In this document: piece after piece, positions 1-11,748 of the stretch | Numbering within the stretch: position 1 is the stretch's first letter | Layout: each line of letters begins with the position of its first letter | Source of the DNA: Octopus sinensis | Lineage: Eukaryota | Direction of reading: 5' to 3' | DNA: 64,000 nt | Assembly: GCF_006345805.1 (NCBI RefSeq) | Contig: NC_043020.1 | Span: 7,564,001-7,628,000, forward strand | Position numbers and translations under genes: made by a program | Notes under the pieces: generated by a model | Database searches by the model: none | The model's input: the letters and a program-made list of their open reading frames with translations, nothing else | What the model was told of the DNA's origin: nothing

Positions 1-3000
1 ATGTAATGGCAGACCAAAATGCTGCTAAGCATTTCACCCAGCACGCTATCGTTTCTGCCAGCTTGCCACCTTATCATGTCAGTTTATTTCTGCCAGGTCG
101 CCGCCTTATGTATGTCTATATGTGTGTGTGTGTGTGTAAAGGTGCAATCATGAGGTAGTGAGTTTGATTCCTGGACCAGGCTGTGTGTTATGTTCTTGAG
201 CAAGATACTTTATTCCATGTCGCTCCAGTTCGTTCAACTGTAGAGATGAGTTGCAATGTCACTGGTGTGAAACTGTATTGGCAGTGAGTGACATTTGGCA
301 GACAGAAAGTGAAAGCAGCCCATTGTGTGTGTGTGTGTGTGTGTGTGGATATCTGTGTGTGTTTTTGTTTGTGTCTGTCCTGAAATTTGTGGGGAGGGGA
401 CTAGTTGGTTTCATGACCCCCAGTATTTCAATGATACATATTTCATCGACCCCGAAAGGATGAAAGGCAAAGTCAACCTTGATAGAATTTGAACTCACAA
501 CAGGTAAAATTCTGCTAAACATTTCATCCAGCGTTCTAATGATTCTGTCAACTCACTGTCTTATATGATGATAATAATAATAGTAATAATGATGATGATA
601 TCAACAATCATGTTAACAGCAGTAACAACAACAACAAAACCAATAACAGCTGAAATGAGCCAGCAAGGAACTATCTATGGGATCACTCAATCTGCTAGAA
701 ATAACAGCTAACTTAAGTTAGAATCATAGGAAGGACGCAGTAAATAATGCAATCTCTGATACAAAATGGCTGAAGTCAAATTGACAAGATGGTCATAGCT
801 GGAACCTCTTCGGTAAGAGGTTTGCTCAAGGGGTATTGGTGGTGGTGGTGGTCTGATTTGGAGAGGATGTGAGTTTGTGTGTGTGTGTGTGTGTAGGGGG
901 AGAGGGTACAAACCACTAGCCACAACTACAACAACAATAACAAGAGCAGCAGCGACAACAACCACATTATTATTATCATCAACATTATCATCATCATCGA
1001 CAATAGCAATATAACCAACATCAACATCATCATCATCATCGTCAACAACATAACATCATTATTTTCATCATCATCACCACTACCATCATCATCATCATCA
1101 TCATCGTTTTAACGTCTGCCCCCCCCCCCACCCCCACCCTCTACTGACCAAAAGTTGGCAGGTTTCTTTAGCCAGTGATTTACGACCGGATGCCTTTCCT
1201 TTGGCCACCCCCTTTTTTAGTAGCCTCTTACAATGCACAGGGTCGCAGCGTGCCAATTTTAAAGCCGAGATATACAACAACAGCCACCACAACAATAGTC
1301 ATACGAGAGCAACAACACCTAAAGACACAAATAGACTGAAATTGGTTGGTGGTTAATTATGTCTGTCTTTTAATTATGTAACTCTGTAAATAACTTACAT
1401 CGTTAACACCACCCGACCGCCACTACCTATACTACTATCAACAACTACCTCAGTCGCCACCACCACCACCACCACCACTACCACCACTGACAGTAACAAT
1501 CACAACAACCGCCACCATTCACCAGCGCTAGTTCCACTATCACCTATACCTTCCCAACAGTAACTAGTTCCACTATCACCTATACCTTCCCAATACTCGT
1601 TTACCACTACTAGCAACCACCTCCGCCACTGCCACCCCACCACCATCAACACTACTATCTGCACCACTCCAACATTCATCCACCACCAACGGCAACTATC
1701 ACCACAACCATTATCACCACTACTACCACCTTCACTACCGCCCTCACCTCCACTAACAACAAATATCAACACTACCACCAACACCACTCTCGCCACCGCC
1801 ACCAATGGCAACTATCACCACCACCACCAATGGCATCTATCACCACCACCACTACCACCCACAAACACACTATCACCACCACTACCACCTCACCACTGCC
1901 TACATCACTGCAGCATTGATCTACCACCACCAATGACAACATCTACAGAACCAATACCACTGCCTATACCATCTTAACTTTCATCTACCATTAACACCAC
2001 CAATTCTTGCCCCTCCATCACCATTACAATCCACCCTGCCCACCTCCAGAGAAAAACCAAAAAGAAGCTTCTATGTGGTCACTCAATGTGCTAGAAAAAG
2101 ACCCAAATCTACCTCAAAGTTTACTTTATCATCACATTAAAAGGAAGGTCACTTTGGATAATACAGTCCTAGATACACTACGGTTGACAAAAATAAGACA
2201 GGATGATCACAGTTTGAAAACACTTTTGATCACAGGTGTGCGCCATCACAGATAGCCTAGGGCTAAAAGTCATGATGACCACTGCCACCACCACCACCAT
2301 TCATAGATACATACATAGTGTAGTCCCAACACCTACCTATTTAAAACCACCCTTTCACACACACAAACGTTGACTCACCTGTAAAATTACCTGTAATTAG
2401 GTTGTGTCCAAAGTTTGACCTCTGTGGCCGAAGCTAGGCTGTCTGGGAAGACTGACTTCCTGCGAGGATGACATCACAACTGGGCACACACACACACACA
2501 TCACACACACACACACACACACATCACACACACACACACACACACACACACATCACACACACACATCACACACACACACACACACATCACACACACACAC
2601 ATCACACACACACACACACACACAGAGTAATGCATGTGTGCTCATACACATATTTTCACACATAGCTATTCACCCCACCCCACCCCCACACACTCGCATA
2701 CAGACATAGTCATACATGACCGCTCATACACACATCTACATAAGTACACTCATACACATGCATATACGCACATGCACACACCAACATTCACTTGTCATTG
2801 TACACATCTGTTACTTTTTATCGTTTACTAGTGTTAGTCATTAGACTGTGGCCATGCTGGGGCACCACACCACTTTGAATTCTTAGTTGAATGAACTGAC
2901 CCCAGTACTTTATTCCTTTTGTTTTTTAAGCTAGGTACTTATTCTGTTGATTGTTTTTGCTCAACTGCAAACTTCTAGGGGACATAAACATACCAACACC

Positions 3001-3246
3001 GAGTGTCAAGTGCTGGTACAGCACACACACACACACATGTATATATATATATTTGAGTAGTTGAATGAATTATCTTAGTATGGATAATTCAGTTAACCGA
3101 TACCTGGGTAGCAAATTCACGTCAGAAAAACATGGTTGAAGCTACATGCCAAGGGCAGAGATCACGTGCTTTCACATGGAAATTTGTGCGTTTTTTTTAA
3201 TACAAATAAATGAAAGAATGGAGTTGAACGACGATTTAACAAAATT

Positions 3247-3341
3247 CCTTTATTCTCGACATATGTTTCGAAGGCTGCATATTCCTAATTTTGAAGGAAT
3301 AAGGGGTGCATTATGCCGCCTTCTCATCAGGAAAAACAAGG
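3247..3341 (-). ncRNA. Type I hammerhead ribozyme motif, inverted copy
   Basis: Reverse-complement copy of 3497-3591 with an identical catalytic core; predicted cleavage between 3258 and 3257. Confidence 0.7.
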
Positions 3342-3496
3342 AACTTATGTCAGCATCAAGATGAACAAAAACTCTTAAATGACTGCCCACACGGAGTCCA
3401 TAGCGATAATGACTCCATGTGGACTCCGTGTGGGCTATGGACTCCGAGTGGGCAGTCATCTAAAAGTTTTTGTTCATCTTGATGCTGACATAAGTT

Positions 3497-3591
3497 CCTT
3501 GTTTTTCCTGATGAGAAGGCGGCATAATGCACCCCTTATTCCTTCGAAATTAGGAATATGCAGCCTTCGAAACATATGTCGAGAATAAAGG
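3497..3591 (+). ncRNA. Type I hammerhead ribozyme motif (Penelope/retrozyme-like)
   Basis: Stem I ccttgtttttc/gagaataaagg; core CTGATGA (3508-3514); stem II gaaggcggcata/tatgcagccttc; GAAA (3569-3572); palindromic stem III CATATG; GTC cleavage triplet ending at 3580. Confidence 0.72.
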
Positions 3592-3654
3592 AATTTTGTT
3601 AAATCATCGTTCAACTCCATTCTTTCATTTATTATATATATATATATATATATA

Positions 3655-4418
3655 TATCAAAAGGATGTGTTATAACACTATTCCACATATACAAAAATAG
3701 CCATACCAGCAGTCCAACATATCTCCCATCATCAGCTGCCCCACAGATATCATTATGGTTTCGACACCTGGGCAGTAACCATTCAATCCAGCTGTATCAA
3801 CAGCACTGAAATAAGTGTTGTTTGGGAACAAACATACCAAAGAAACAACTTTCAAACACATTTACCCTATGTACAATAGTATTGGTAAATAAATTCAATA
3901 AGTAGATCAATAACTAACTCCTAAATATGTAACTAAACAGCAACCAAACATTTAAGTCATACATTTTATTCCCTACAGTCTTCCATAATATAATAAAAGT
4001 GAAATCTTTATAACCACATTCATTCAATCTAAATATAGGTAGGATTAAACTACAAGAAACACTTAAATTTATGTACATCTGTATTGGTATTAATAGTAAA
4101 ACCACAGTAACTAAATTATATACTAAATAGTGACCAATCTTTAAGTCCATACAAATAGGATAGTCATTCTACCAAATATGTACGTTTTATTTCTTATTTT
4201 GCACATTACTTAATCATTGCTATATGTTTTTATCTTATATTAATTTTTCTATAAGATGTAATTTTTTTCCATATGGTATAAATTAATTTTTCATTGTTGA
4301 ATTGATAAAAGGTGGTTTTTTTTCTAATTTATATATAAATATATATTATATTTTGTGAAATTTGATTTAGTATTTCTAAATTGAGTTTTTCCTGTAAATT
4401 TGGAATAATATTCCCTCA

Positions 4419-4449
<31 letters not shown>

Positions 4450-5240
4450 TTATATATATATATATATATTATATATCAAAAGGATGTGTTATAACACTAT
4501 TCCACATATACAAAAATAGCCATACCAGCAGTCCAACATATCTCCCATCATCAGCTGCCCCACAGATATCATTATGGTTTCGACACCTGGGCAGTAACCA
4601 TTCAATCCAGCTGTATCAACAGCACTGAAATAAGTGTTGTTTGGGAACAAACATACCAAAGAAACAACTTTCAAACACATTTACCTATGTACAATAGTAT
4701 TGGTAAATAAATTCAATAAGTAGATCAATAACTAACTCCTAAATATGTAACTAAACAGCAACCAAACATTTAAGTCATACATTTTATTCCCTACAGTCTT
4801 CCATAATATAATAAAAGTGAAATCTTTATAACCACATTCATTCAATCTAAATATAGGTAGGATTAAACTACAAGAAACACTTAAATTTATGTACATCTGT
4901 ATTGGTATTAATAGTAAAACCACAGTAACTAAATTATATACTAAATAGTGACCAATCTTTAAGTCCATACAAATAGGTATAGTCATTCTACCAAATATGT
5001 ACGTTTTATTTCTTATTTTGCACATTACTTAATCATTGCTATATGTTTTTATCTTATATTTAATTTTTCTATAAGATGTAATTTTTTTTCCATATGGTAT
5101 AAATTAATTTTTTCATTGTTGAATTGATAAAAGGTGGTTTTTTTCTAATTTATATATAAATATATATTATATTTTGTGAAATTTGATTTAGTATTTCTAA
5201 ATTGAGTTTTTCCCTGTAAATTTGGAATAATATTCCCTCA

Positions 5241-5275
<35 letters not shown>
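3655..5275. repeat. Near-identical tandem duplication, period 819 bp
   Basis: Identical track ORFs at 3670..3861 and 4489..4680; the copies differ by a few 1-nt indels. Confidence 0.95.
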
Positions 5276-5298
<23 letters not shown>

Positions 5299-5836
5299 CA
5301 TACATACACACACACATATATCATCATCATTTAATGTCCACTTTCTATGTTGGCATAGGTTAGGAGGTTAGACTGGAACTGGTACGCTGGAGAGCTGCAC
5401 CAGATTCCAGTCTGCTTTGGCATGGTCCTTACAGCTGGATACCCTTCCTAACACCAACCACTCCAAGAGTGTAAAAGGTGCTCTTTATGCCATGGGTGCT
5501 TTTATGTGCCACCAGCACAGGTGCCAGTTACATGACGCTGGCATCGACCACAGCTATGATTTCACTTGGCTCAATGAGTGATAGATATATATATATATAT
5601 ATGTGAAGGCGCATGGCTCAGTGGTTAGAGCGTCAAGCTTACGATCGTGAGGTTGTGAGCTCGAATCCCGGACGGGCTGCGTGTTGTGTTCATGAGCAAG
5701 GCACTTTATTTCACATTGCTCCAGTTCACTCAGCTGTAGAAATGAGTTGCGACGTCACTGGTGCCAAACTGTATCGACCTTAATGCTTGTACATCTATAA
5801 GCATACATTTGATTTTTGGAGACAGTTTTTCTGTAC

Positions 5837-5867
<31 letters not shown>

Positions 5868-6046
5868 GGTGCATGTATTTGTATGTCTGTTACATATGTT
5901 TATATATATTTTCTTTTCTCACCCCAAAAATAGATAAAACCAGTGACCCACAGTCAGTTTCGTGTTTCAGGAAAAGTGAAAAAAATTAATATCCAAAGCA
6001 AGAAAATTGTGTAAGTAACTTTGGGAATATTCAACTGTTGTCTTTT

Positions 6047-6077
<31 letters not shown>

Positions 6078-6078
<1 letters not shown>

Positions 6079-6628
6079 CATTGAGTGAGAGAGCAGTGCA
6101 TGCCATCAAAGTGACACTGGGGTAAAATATACGAAGCCCAATATACCCATCATGACTACCCGTCTGATAAGGGTACACCAGGCACATGCATCACAACCAT
6201 ATGTGCGCGACATGGTGATCCCATATCAAGATAAGCAGCACATGACCTTGCAGGTGGGGCCCAGTTAGAATTTTCTTCTGGTCGAGTAGCCCATCCCGCT
6301 CAAAAGGTCCCTGAAGAAGGGTCGTTTAAGGATGTTGAACGAAACACTTTTTTCCGGAGGTGAATTATTCAAACCCCAAAGAATCCCTCTCAACACATGG
6401 CTATGATGCTCCCCTACTACTTCTGCTCGTGATCAGAGATGCATATATCGTCAGATACTAAGGGACATGGTCAACTGGTTAAGGTCAAACAACTGACAAG
6501 CAAATCTGTGGCATTGAGCAGAATATTTGCCATTGTCCATCTTTTATACCAAAACAAAACAATGTACATGATAACACTTCCAATCAGTTAAGATCAGAAG
6601 CCATGAGAGCCACTGCCTGGTACTGCAA
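6078..6628 (-). repeat. Unclassified interspersed repeat with (AAT)n tail
   Basis: About 550 bp of relatively GC-rich sequence bounded by (ATT)n runs; no coding similarity recognised. Confidence 0.4.
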
Positions 6629-6660
6629 TTATTATTATTATTATTATTATTATTATTGCT

Positions 6661-7109
6661 AAGGTGGCAAGCTGGCAGAATCATTAGCATGCCAGGCCTA
6701 ATGCTTAGCAGCATTTCATCCATCTTTACGTTCTGAGTTCAAATTCTGCTGCGGTCGACTTTGCCTTTCATCCTTTTGGGGATCAATAAATTGAGTACCA
6801 GTGGAACCCTAGGGTCAATGTAATCAATTAGTCCCTTCTCCCAAAATTTCAGGCCTTGTGTCCTATAGTAGAAAGGATTATTATTGTTATCAGTATTATT
6901 AAGGTAGTGATCTGGCAGAATCGTTAGCACACCGGGCAAAATGCTTTGTTACATTTCATCCGTCTTTATGGTCTGAGTTCAAATTCTGCTGAGGTCAACT
7001 TTGCTTTTCATCCTTTTGGGGTCGATAAAATAAGAACCAGTTGGGCACTGAGACTGATATAACTTACTCCTTCCCCCAAAACTGCTGACCTTGTGCCAAA
7101 AATTTGAAA

Positions 7110-7150
<41 letters not shown>

Positions 7151-7343
7151 TAAGGTAGTGAGCTGGCAGAATTGTTAGCATGCTGGGCAAAATGCTTAGA
7201 GGTATCTCGTCCTTCTTGGTGTTCTGAGTTCAAATTCTGCTGAGGTCAACTTTGCCTTTCATCCTTTTGGGGTCAATAAAATAAGTACCAGTTGAACACT
7301 GAGATCATTATAACTTAGTCCCTAAAATTTGAAATCATTATTA

Positions 7344-7374
<31 letters not shown>

Positions 7375-8555
7375 CATTATTATTATTATTATTATCATTA
7401 TTATTATTATCATTATTAATAAGGCGGTGAGCTGGCAGAATTGTTAGCATGCTGGGCAAAATGCTTAGAGGGATTTCATCCTTCTTAGTGTTCTGAGTTC
7501 AAATTTTGCTGGGGTTGTCTTTACCTTTCATCATTTCGGGGTCGATAAAATAAGTACCAGTTGAGCACTGGGGTCAATGCAATCGACTTACCCAACTCCT
7601 CAGCAAATGCTGGCCTTGTGCTAAAATTTGAAACCATTATTATTAGGGTTAAGGTGGGGAGCTGGCAGAATCAGAACCATGCAGGACAAAATACTTACCA
7701 GTATTATGCGTCTCTTTACATTCTGAATTTAAATTCTGCTAAGGTGGACTTTACCCCTTTCATTCTTTCAGAGTTAATAAGATCAAGTGCCAGTTAAGTA
7801 CTCAAGTTGATGTAATCAACTATCCTCCATCCCCACCCCAAATGTCAAGCCTGGTGCCTATAGTAGAAAGGATTCTTCTTCTTCTTCTTCTTCTTCTTCT
7901 TCTTCTTCTTCTTCTTCTTCTTCTTCTTCTTCTTCTTCTTCTTCACCTTCTTCTTCACCTTCTTCTTCTTCACCTTCTTCTTCACCTTCTTCTTTTCACC
8001 TTCTTCTTCACCTTCTTCTTCACCTTCTTCTTCTTCACCTTCTTCTTCACCTTCTTCTTCTTCACCTTCTTCTTCACCTTCTTCTTCACCTTCTCTTCTT
8101 CTTCTTCTTCTTCTTCTTCTTCACCTTCTTCTTCTTCTTCTTCACCTTCTTCTTCACCTTCTTCTTCACCTTCTTCTTCTTCTCCTTCTTCTTCACCTTC
8201 TTCTTCTTCTTCTTCTTCTTCTTCTTCTTCTTCACCTTCTTCTTCTTCTTCTTCTTCTTCTTCTTCTTCTCCTTCTTCTTCTTCTTCACCTTCTTCACCT
8301 TCTTCACCTTCTTCACCTTCTTCTTCTTCTTCTTCTCCTTCTTCTTCTTCACCTTCTTCTCCTTCTTCTTCTTCTTCACCTTCTTCACCTTCTTCACCTT
8401 CTTCTTCTCTTCTTATCCTTTCTTCTTCTTCATCTTCTTCCTTCTTCTTCTTCTTCTTCTTCTTCACCTTCTTCACCTTCTCTTCTTCTTCTCCTTCTTC
8501 TTCTTCTTCTCTTCTTCTTCTTCTCTCTATTCTTTCTTATTCTTATTATTATTTC

Positions 8556-8586
<31 letters not shown>

Positions 8587-8790
8587 GGCAGTGAGCTGGC
8601 AGAATTGTTAGCATACTGGGCAAAATGCTTAGCAGTATTTTGTCTGTCTTCATGTTCTCAGTTCAAATTCCGCCGAGGTCGACTTTGTCTTTCATCCTTT
8701 CGGGGTCGATAAACTAAGTAGAAGTTAAGTGATCAACTATCCCCTTCCCCACAAATTTCAGGCCTTGTTCCTATAGTAGAAAGGATTGTT
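6661..8790 (+). mobile_element. Head-to-tail chain of six tRNA-headed SINEs (family A)
   Basis: Heads aagg(t/c)..gagctggcagaa at 6661, 6901, 7152, 7421, 7651 and 8585; B-box-like gagttcaaatt; each copy ends in an (ATT)n-type tail. Confidence 0.85.
7873..8584. repeat. (CTT)n/(CTTCTTCACCTT)n compound microsatellite grading into (TTA)n
   Basis: Directly visible; explains track ORFs 7842..8594, 7982..8476 and 8086..8397. Confidence 0.97.
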
Positions 8791-8970
8791 GTTGTTGTTG
8801 TTGTTAAGACAGGGGATTAATAGAATGGTTGGAGAGTTGAAAAAAATACTCAGCTGTCTTGGAAGATATGTGGAAAAAAAGAGATCCTTTACTTGAAAAA
8901 CAGATAAGGGTTAGCAACAGGAAGGGGATCCAGCTACAAAACACTGCCTCAGTAATATATTCACCTACCT

Positions 8971-9228
8971 CAGTATTTCTTAACCAGGGTCAACGTGACC
9001 CTTGGGGCTCCGTATAAAATTTTGCTGTTAAAATTTATATGCAATAAAATCGGTCATACTTTTACAATGCACAAAAAATTTTAACAATTATTTTTATACA
9101 ATTCCTAATAATATTTAATTATAAAAAATATAATAGGATTTTGTTAATCATGGACTGGCTGTGAGGGTCCACCTGAGTAAAATAGGAATCAAAGGGATCC
9201 AGAGAGAAGAAATGGTTGAGAAACACTC
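8971..9228. mobile_element. hAT/Charlie-like MITE
   Basis: Ends CAGTATTTCTTAACC and GGTTGAGAAACACTC; no clear TSD. Confidence 0.5.
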
Positions 9229-9954
9229 ATCTGACCCATGCTAGCATGGGAAAACAGATGTGAAAGCATGATAATACACTGGTGCATTCAGACTAGTGTT
9301 TCCATGTTGGCTGTTATTATCAGCCGTCATCATGTACTTGTCAATAAAAACCCCAAATTTTTTTTTTCTAAATTTGGCTTAAGACCAACAAATTTAAGAG
9401 AAGGAAGTCAATTGCCCCCAGCCCCAGGGCTCCACTGATATTTATTTTATCAACCCCAAAAGAAGGAAAGGCAAAAATCAACAACAATTCTGTCCACTCA
9501 TCGCCTTCAGTGGTTTCAGATTTTAGCACAAGGCCAGCAGTTTTAGGGGAAAGCAGTCAATGAATTTTCATCATGTTAAACCGTCAATCCCTACACATTT
9601 TTTTTCTCTTTGTTTTTTTCTTTCTCTCTCCATTATTTTTCCTCTCAATCCTTTCTGTCTAAGAGCATAGGCTCGAAACGTCGAAAACTTTTCCATTCTT
9701 CCCAAGCATCAGACTAATACATCTACTTGTTGTTCCTATGCCTGTCTTTGTCTTTTCTTTTCTGTAAAATTGAATTAAATAAAATAAATATTTCGACCAG
9801 ATGTGGCCAGTTTAAATGCTAAGGGTTTATACCAGCATAGTGTCTGACTCACTGAAAGATTGAACTTTTGTCCATCACCTAAATTACTACACTTAACATT
9901 TGGTAATTAATCAACCTTTATATTCACCATTTTCATTGTTCTTCCTCCTCTTCA

Positions 9955-10490
9955 TGATAATTTAACGTCCATTTTCCATGCTGGCATGGGTTGGACGGTT
10001 GGACTGAAACTGGTAACCTGGAGAGCTGCACCAGGCTCCAATCTGATTTGGCATGGTTTCTACAGCTTGATGCCCTTCCTAATGCCAACCACTCCAAGAG
10101 TGCAATGGGTGTTTTTTATGTGCCACCGGCATAGGTGCCAGTTGTAAAAACACCTGCATCAGTCACGACTACGATCTCACTTGGCTTGACGGGGCTTCTT
10201 AAGTGTGACATATTGCCAAAGGTCTCAGTCACTTCTCACTGCCTCTGAGAGGCCCAAAGTTTGACGGGTGATTTTTATGTGCCACCGGCATCAACCACAA
10301 CTACAAAATCACTTGGTTTGACTGGTCTTCTCACGCATGGTACATTGCTAAGAGTCTTAATCACTTCTTGCTGCCTCCGTGAGGCCCTAAATTCAAAGGA
10401 TGCTGTTTATGTGCCTCTGGCACAGGTGCCAGTTAAGTGACACTGGCATCGGTCACCACTACAATTTCACTTGCCTTGATAGGTCTTCTC
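9955..10490 (-). mobile_element. RTE 3'-end fragment with 3'UTR repeats
   Basis: tttaacgtccattttccatgctggcatgggttggacgg...gatgcccttcctaatgccaaccactcc matches the LINE terminus at 46808-46975. Confidence 0.8.
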
Positions 10491-10516
10491 TGTAATAAAA
10501 ACCAGCCCCATTTGAT

Positions 10517-10705
10517 CTGATTCTTCAACCTAGATTCTTCAATGTGTTTCTTCAAGCTAGATTCTTTAATGCGATTCTTCAATGTAGATTCTTCAATGTG
10601 ATTCTTCAAGTTAGATTCTTCAATGTGATTCTTCAAGCTAGATTCTTCAATGTGATTCTTCAAGCTAGATTCTTCAGTGTGATTCTTCAAGCTAGATTCT
10701 TCAAC
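10517..10705. repeat. 27-bp minisatellite (agattcttcaatgtgattcttcaagct), about 7 copies
   Basis: Gives the 9-aa periodicity NVILQARFF in track ORF 10544..10903. Confidence 0.93.
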
Positions 10706-10764
10706 ATTTGTAGTGTTCTGTCTCCCAAAATGTTAATTCTTCATTTCTTGTTTCTTGTTACCAG

Positions 10765-10899
10765 AGTGTTTCCTAATGGCCAGTTCTTTCTACCACCATC
10801 CATTATTGTTCTAAACCAAACAGAACAGACGTCCATGGATACAGTCATGCATTCAGTTGGCATCAAAGTTGATTTACCCCAGGGTGGCTTTCCAGAACG
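10765..10899 (+). CDS. DCDC2: DCDC2-like exon, N-terminal half of DCX domain (VFPNGQFFLPPSIIVLNQTEQTSMDTVMHSVGIKVDLPQGGFPER)
   Basis: Pyrimidine tract + ccag acceptor (10761-10764); 135 nt, phase 2/2; donor CG|gtaagt. Resembles the NGD...P..R.L...W..VL..V..K...GAV.R half of the DCDC2 DCX domain. Confidence 0.88.
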
Positions 10900-10984
10900 G
10901 TAAGTTCCCCTTTCTCATTTGAACCTGCAATCTTCAAATATATTTATGCATACATACATACATACAAATGTGTATATATGATTA

Positions 10985-11210
10985 TCATCATCATCCTCAC
11001 CGCCATCATTTAATGTCCACTTTTCTATGCTTACATGGGTCAGACAAAAATTTATTGAGACAGATTTTCTGTGGCTGAATGCCCTTCCTGTCATCAATCC
11101 TCACCGGTTTCCCTCTTGGCCAAACATGTTTTTCGTGCAAGACTGGAAATGAACAGCATCATTTGTATGATGGCGATGCTCAGTTGCAATCATCATGTGA
11201 TGTCAAGACA
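10985..11210 (-). mobile_element. Older or diverged subfamily of the (GAT)n-tailed element
   Basis: catcatttaatgtccacttttc...cagattttc...gatgcccttcctgtc...aagactggaaatgaac. Related copies occur at about 16000-16215, 21745-21990, 24010-24230, 38240-38440 and 59965-60160 (+). Confidence 0.65.
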
Positions 11211-11613
11211 AAGGCTCACACACACACACACACACACACACAACAGACCTTTTTTCAGTTTCTGTTTGAAAAATAAACTTGGTTTAAGAGGAATCAGATG
11301 GAGCATGCAAGAGAGATGATTGCCTCCGTACAGGTATGTACTGCATATGGATAATGATATGGGTGAAGCAGTGTCAGGAGATCCAAGTTGGTAGGAAACT
11401 GTGGTGTGTTTACGTCCCTGTAACTTATTCTATCGGTCTCTTTTGCTGAACTGCTAAGTACTAGGCTTACAAAGAATAAGTCCTGGGGTCGATTTGCTCG
11501 ACTAAAGGCGGTGCTCCAGCATGGCCACAGTCAAATGACTGAAACAAGTAAAAAACGAAAAAAATAAAAAGAATCCCCTTTTTGTTATTCTCCTCTGTTA
11601 TTCTCCATTCCAG

Positions 11614-11748
11614 GTTGTACACTTTGGATGGTGACCGTGTGGATCACACAGACAAAGTCACTAACGGTACCATGTATGTCGCTGCTTCACACCGAGAGAA
11701 GTTCAAACCCGGTCCCTATGGCCCTTACATGAGGATGGGGCCTCTTAA
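11614..11748 (+). CDS. DCDC2: DCDC2-like exon, C-terminal half of DCX domain (LYTLDGDRVDHTDKVTNGTMYVAASHREKFKPGPYGPYMRMGPLK)
   Basis: ttctccattccag acceptor; 135 nt, phase 2/2; donor AA|gtaagt. Matches the DCX signature RLYTLxG...G..YVA...EKFK..PY. Confidence 0.93.

Larger units (their letters stand above)
3205..3633. repeat. Foldback inverted repeat with about 200-bp arms and a 29-nt loop
   Basis: 3205-3404 is the reverse complement of 3434-3633, with about 5 mismatches by eye. Confidence 0.95.

Noticed and set aside
2395-2485. Candidate upstream DCDC2 exon after ttag
   Set aside because: Stops in all three frames and no donor. No upstream DCX exon could be identified in 1-10764.
3914-5025. 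Duplicated 63-97-aa minus-strand ORFs
   Set aside because: No recognisable domain; duplication reflects the 819-bp repeat.
5604-5680. tRNA gene candidates (also 44626, 59800-59876, 61560-61636)
   Set aside because: A/B-box heads run into SINE bodies and lack a complete cloverleaf acceptor stem.
7842-8594. Poly-L/F/S, poly-E and poly-K ORFs
   Set aside because: (CTT)n microsatellite in a SINE tail; no splice or homology support.
10517-10705. CRISPR-like regular repeat
   Set aside because: No unique spacers, eukaryotic context, no cas genes.
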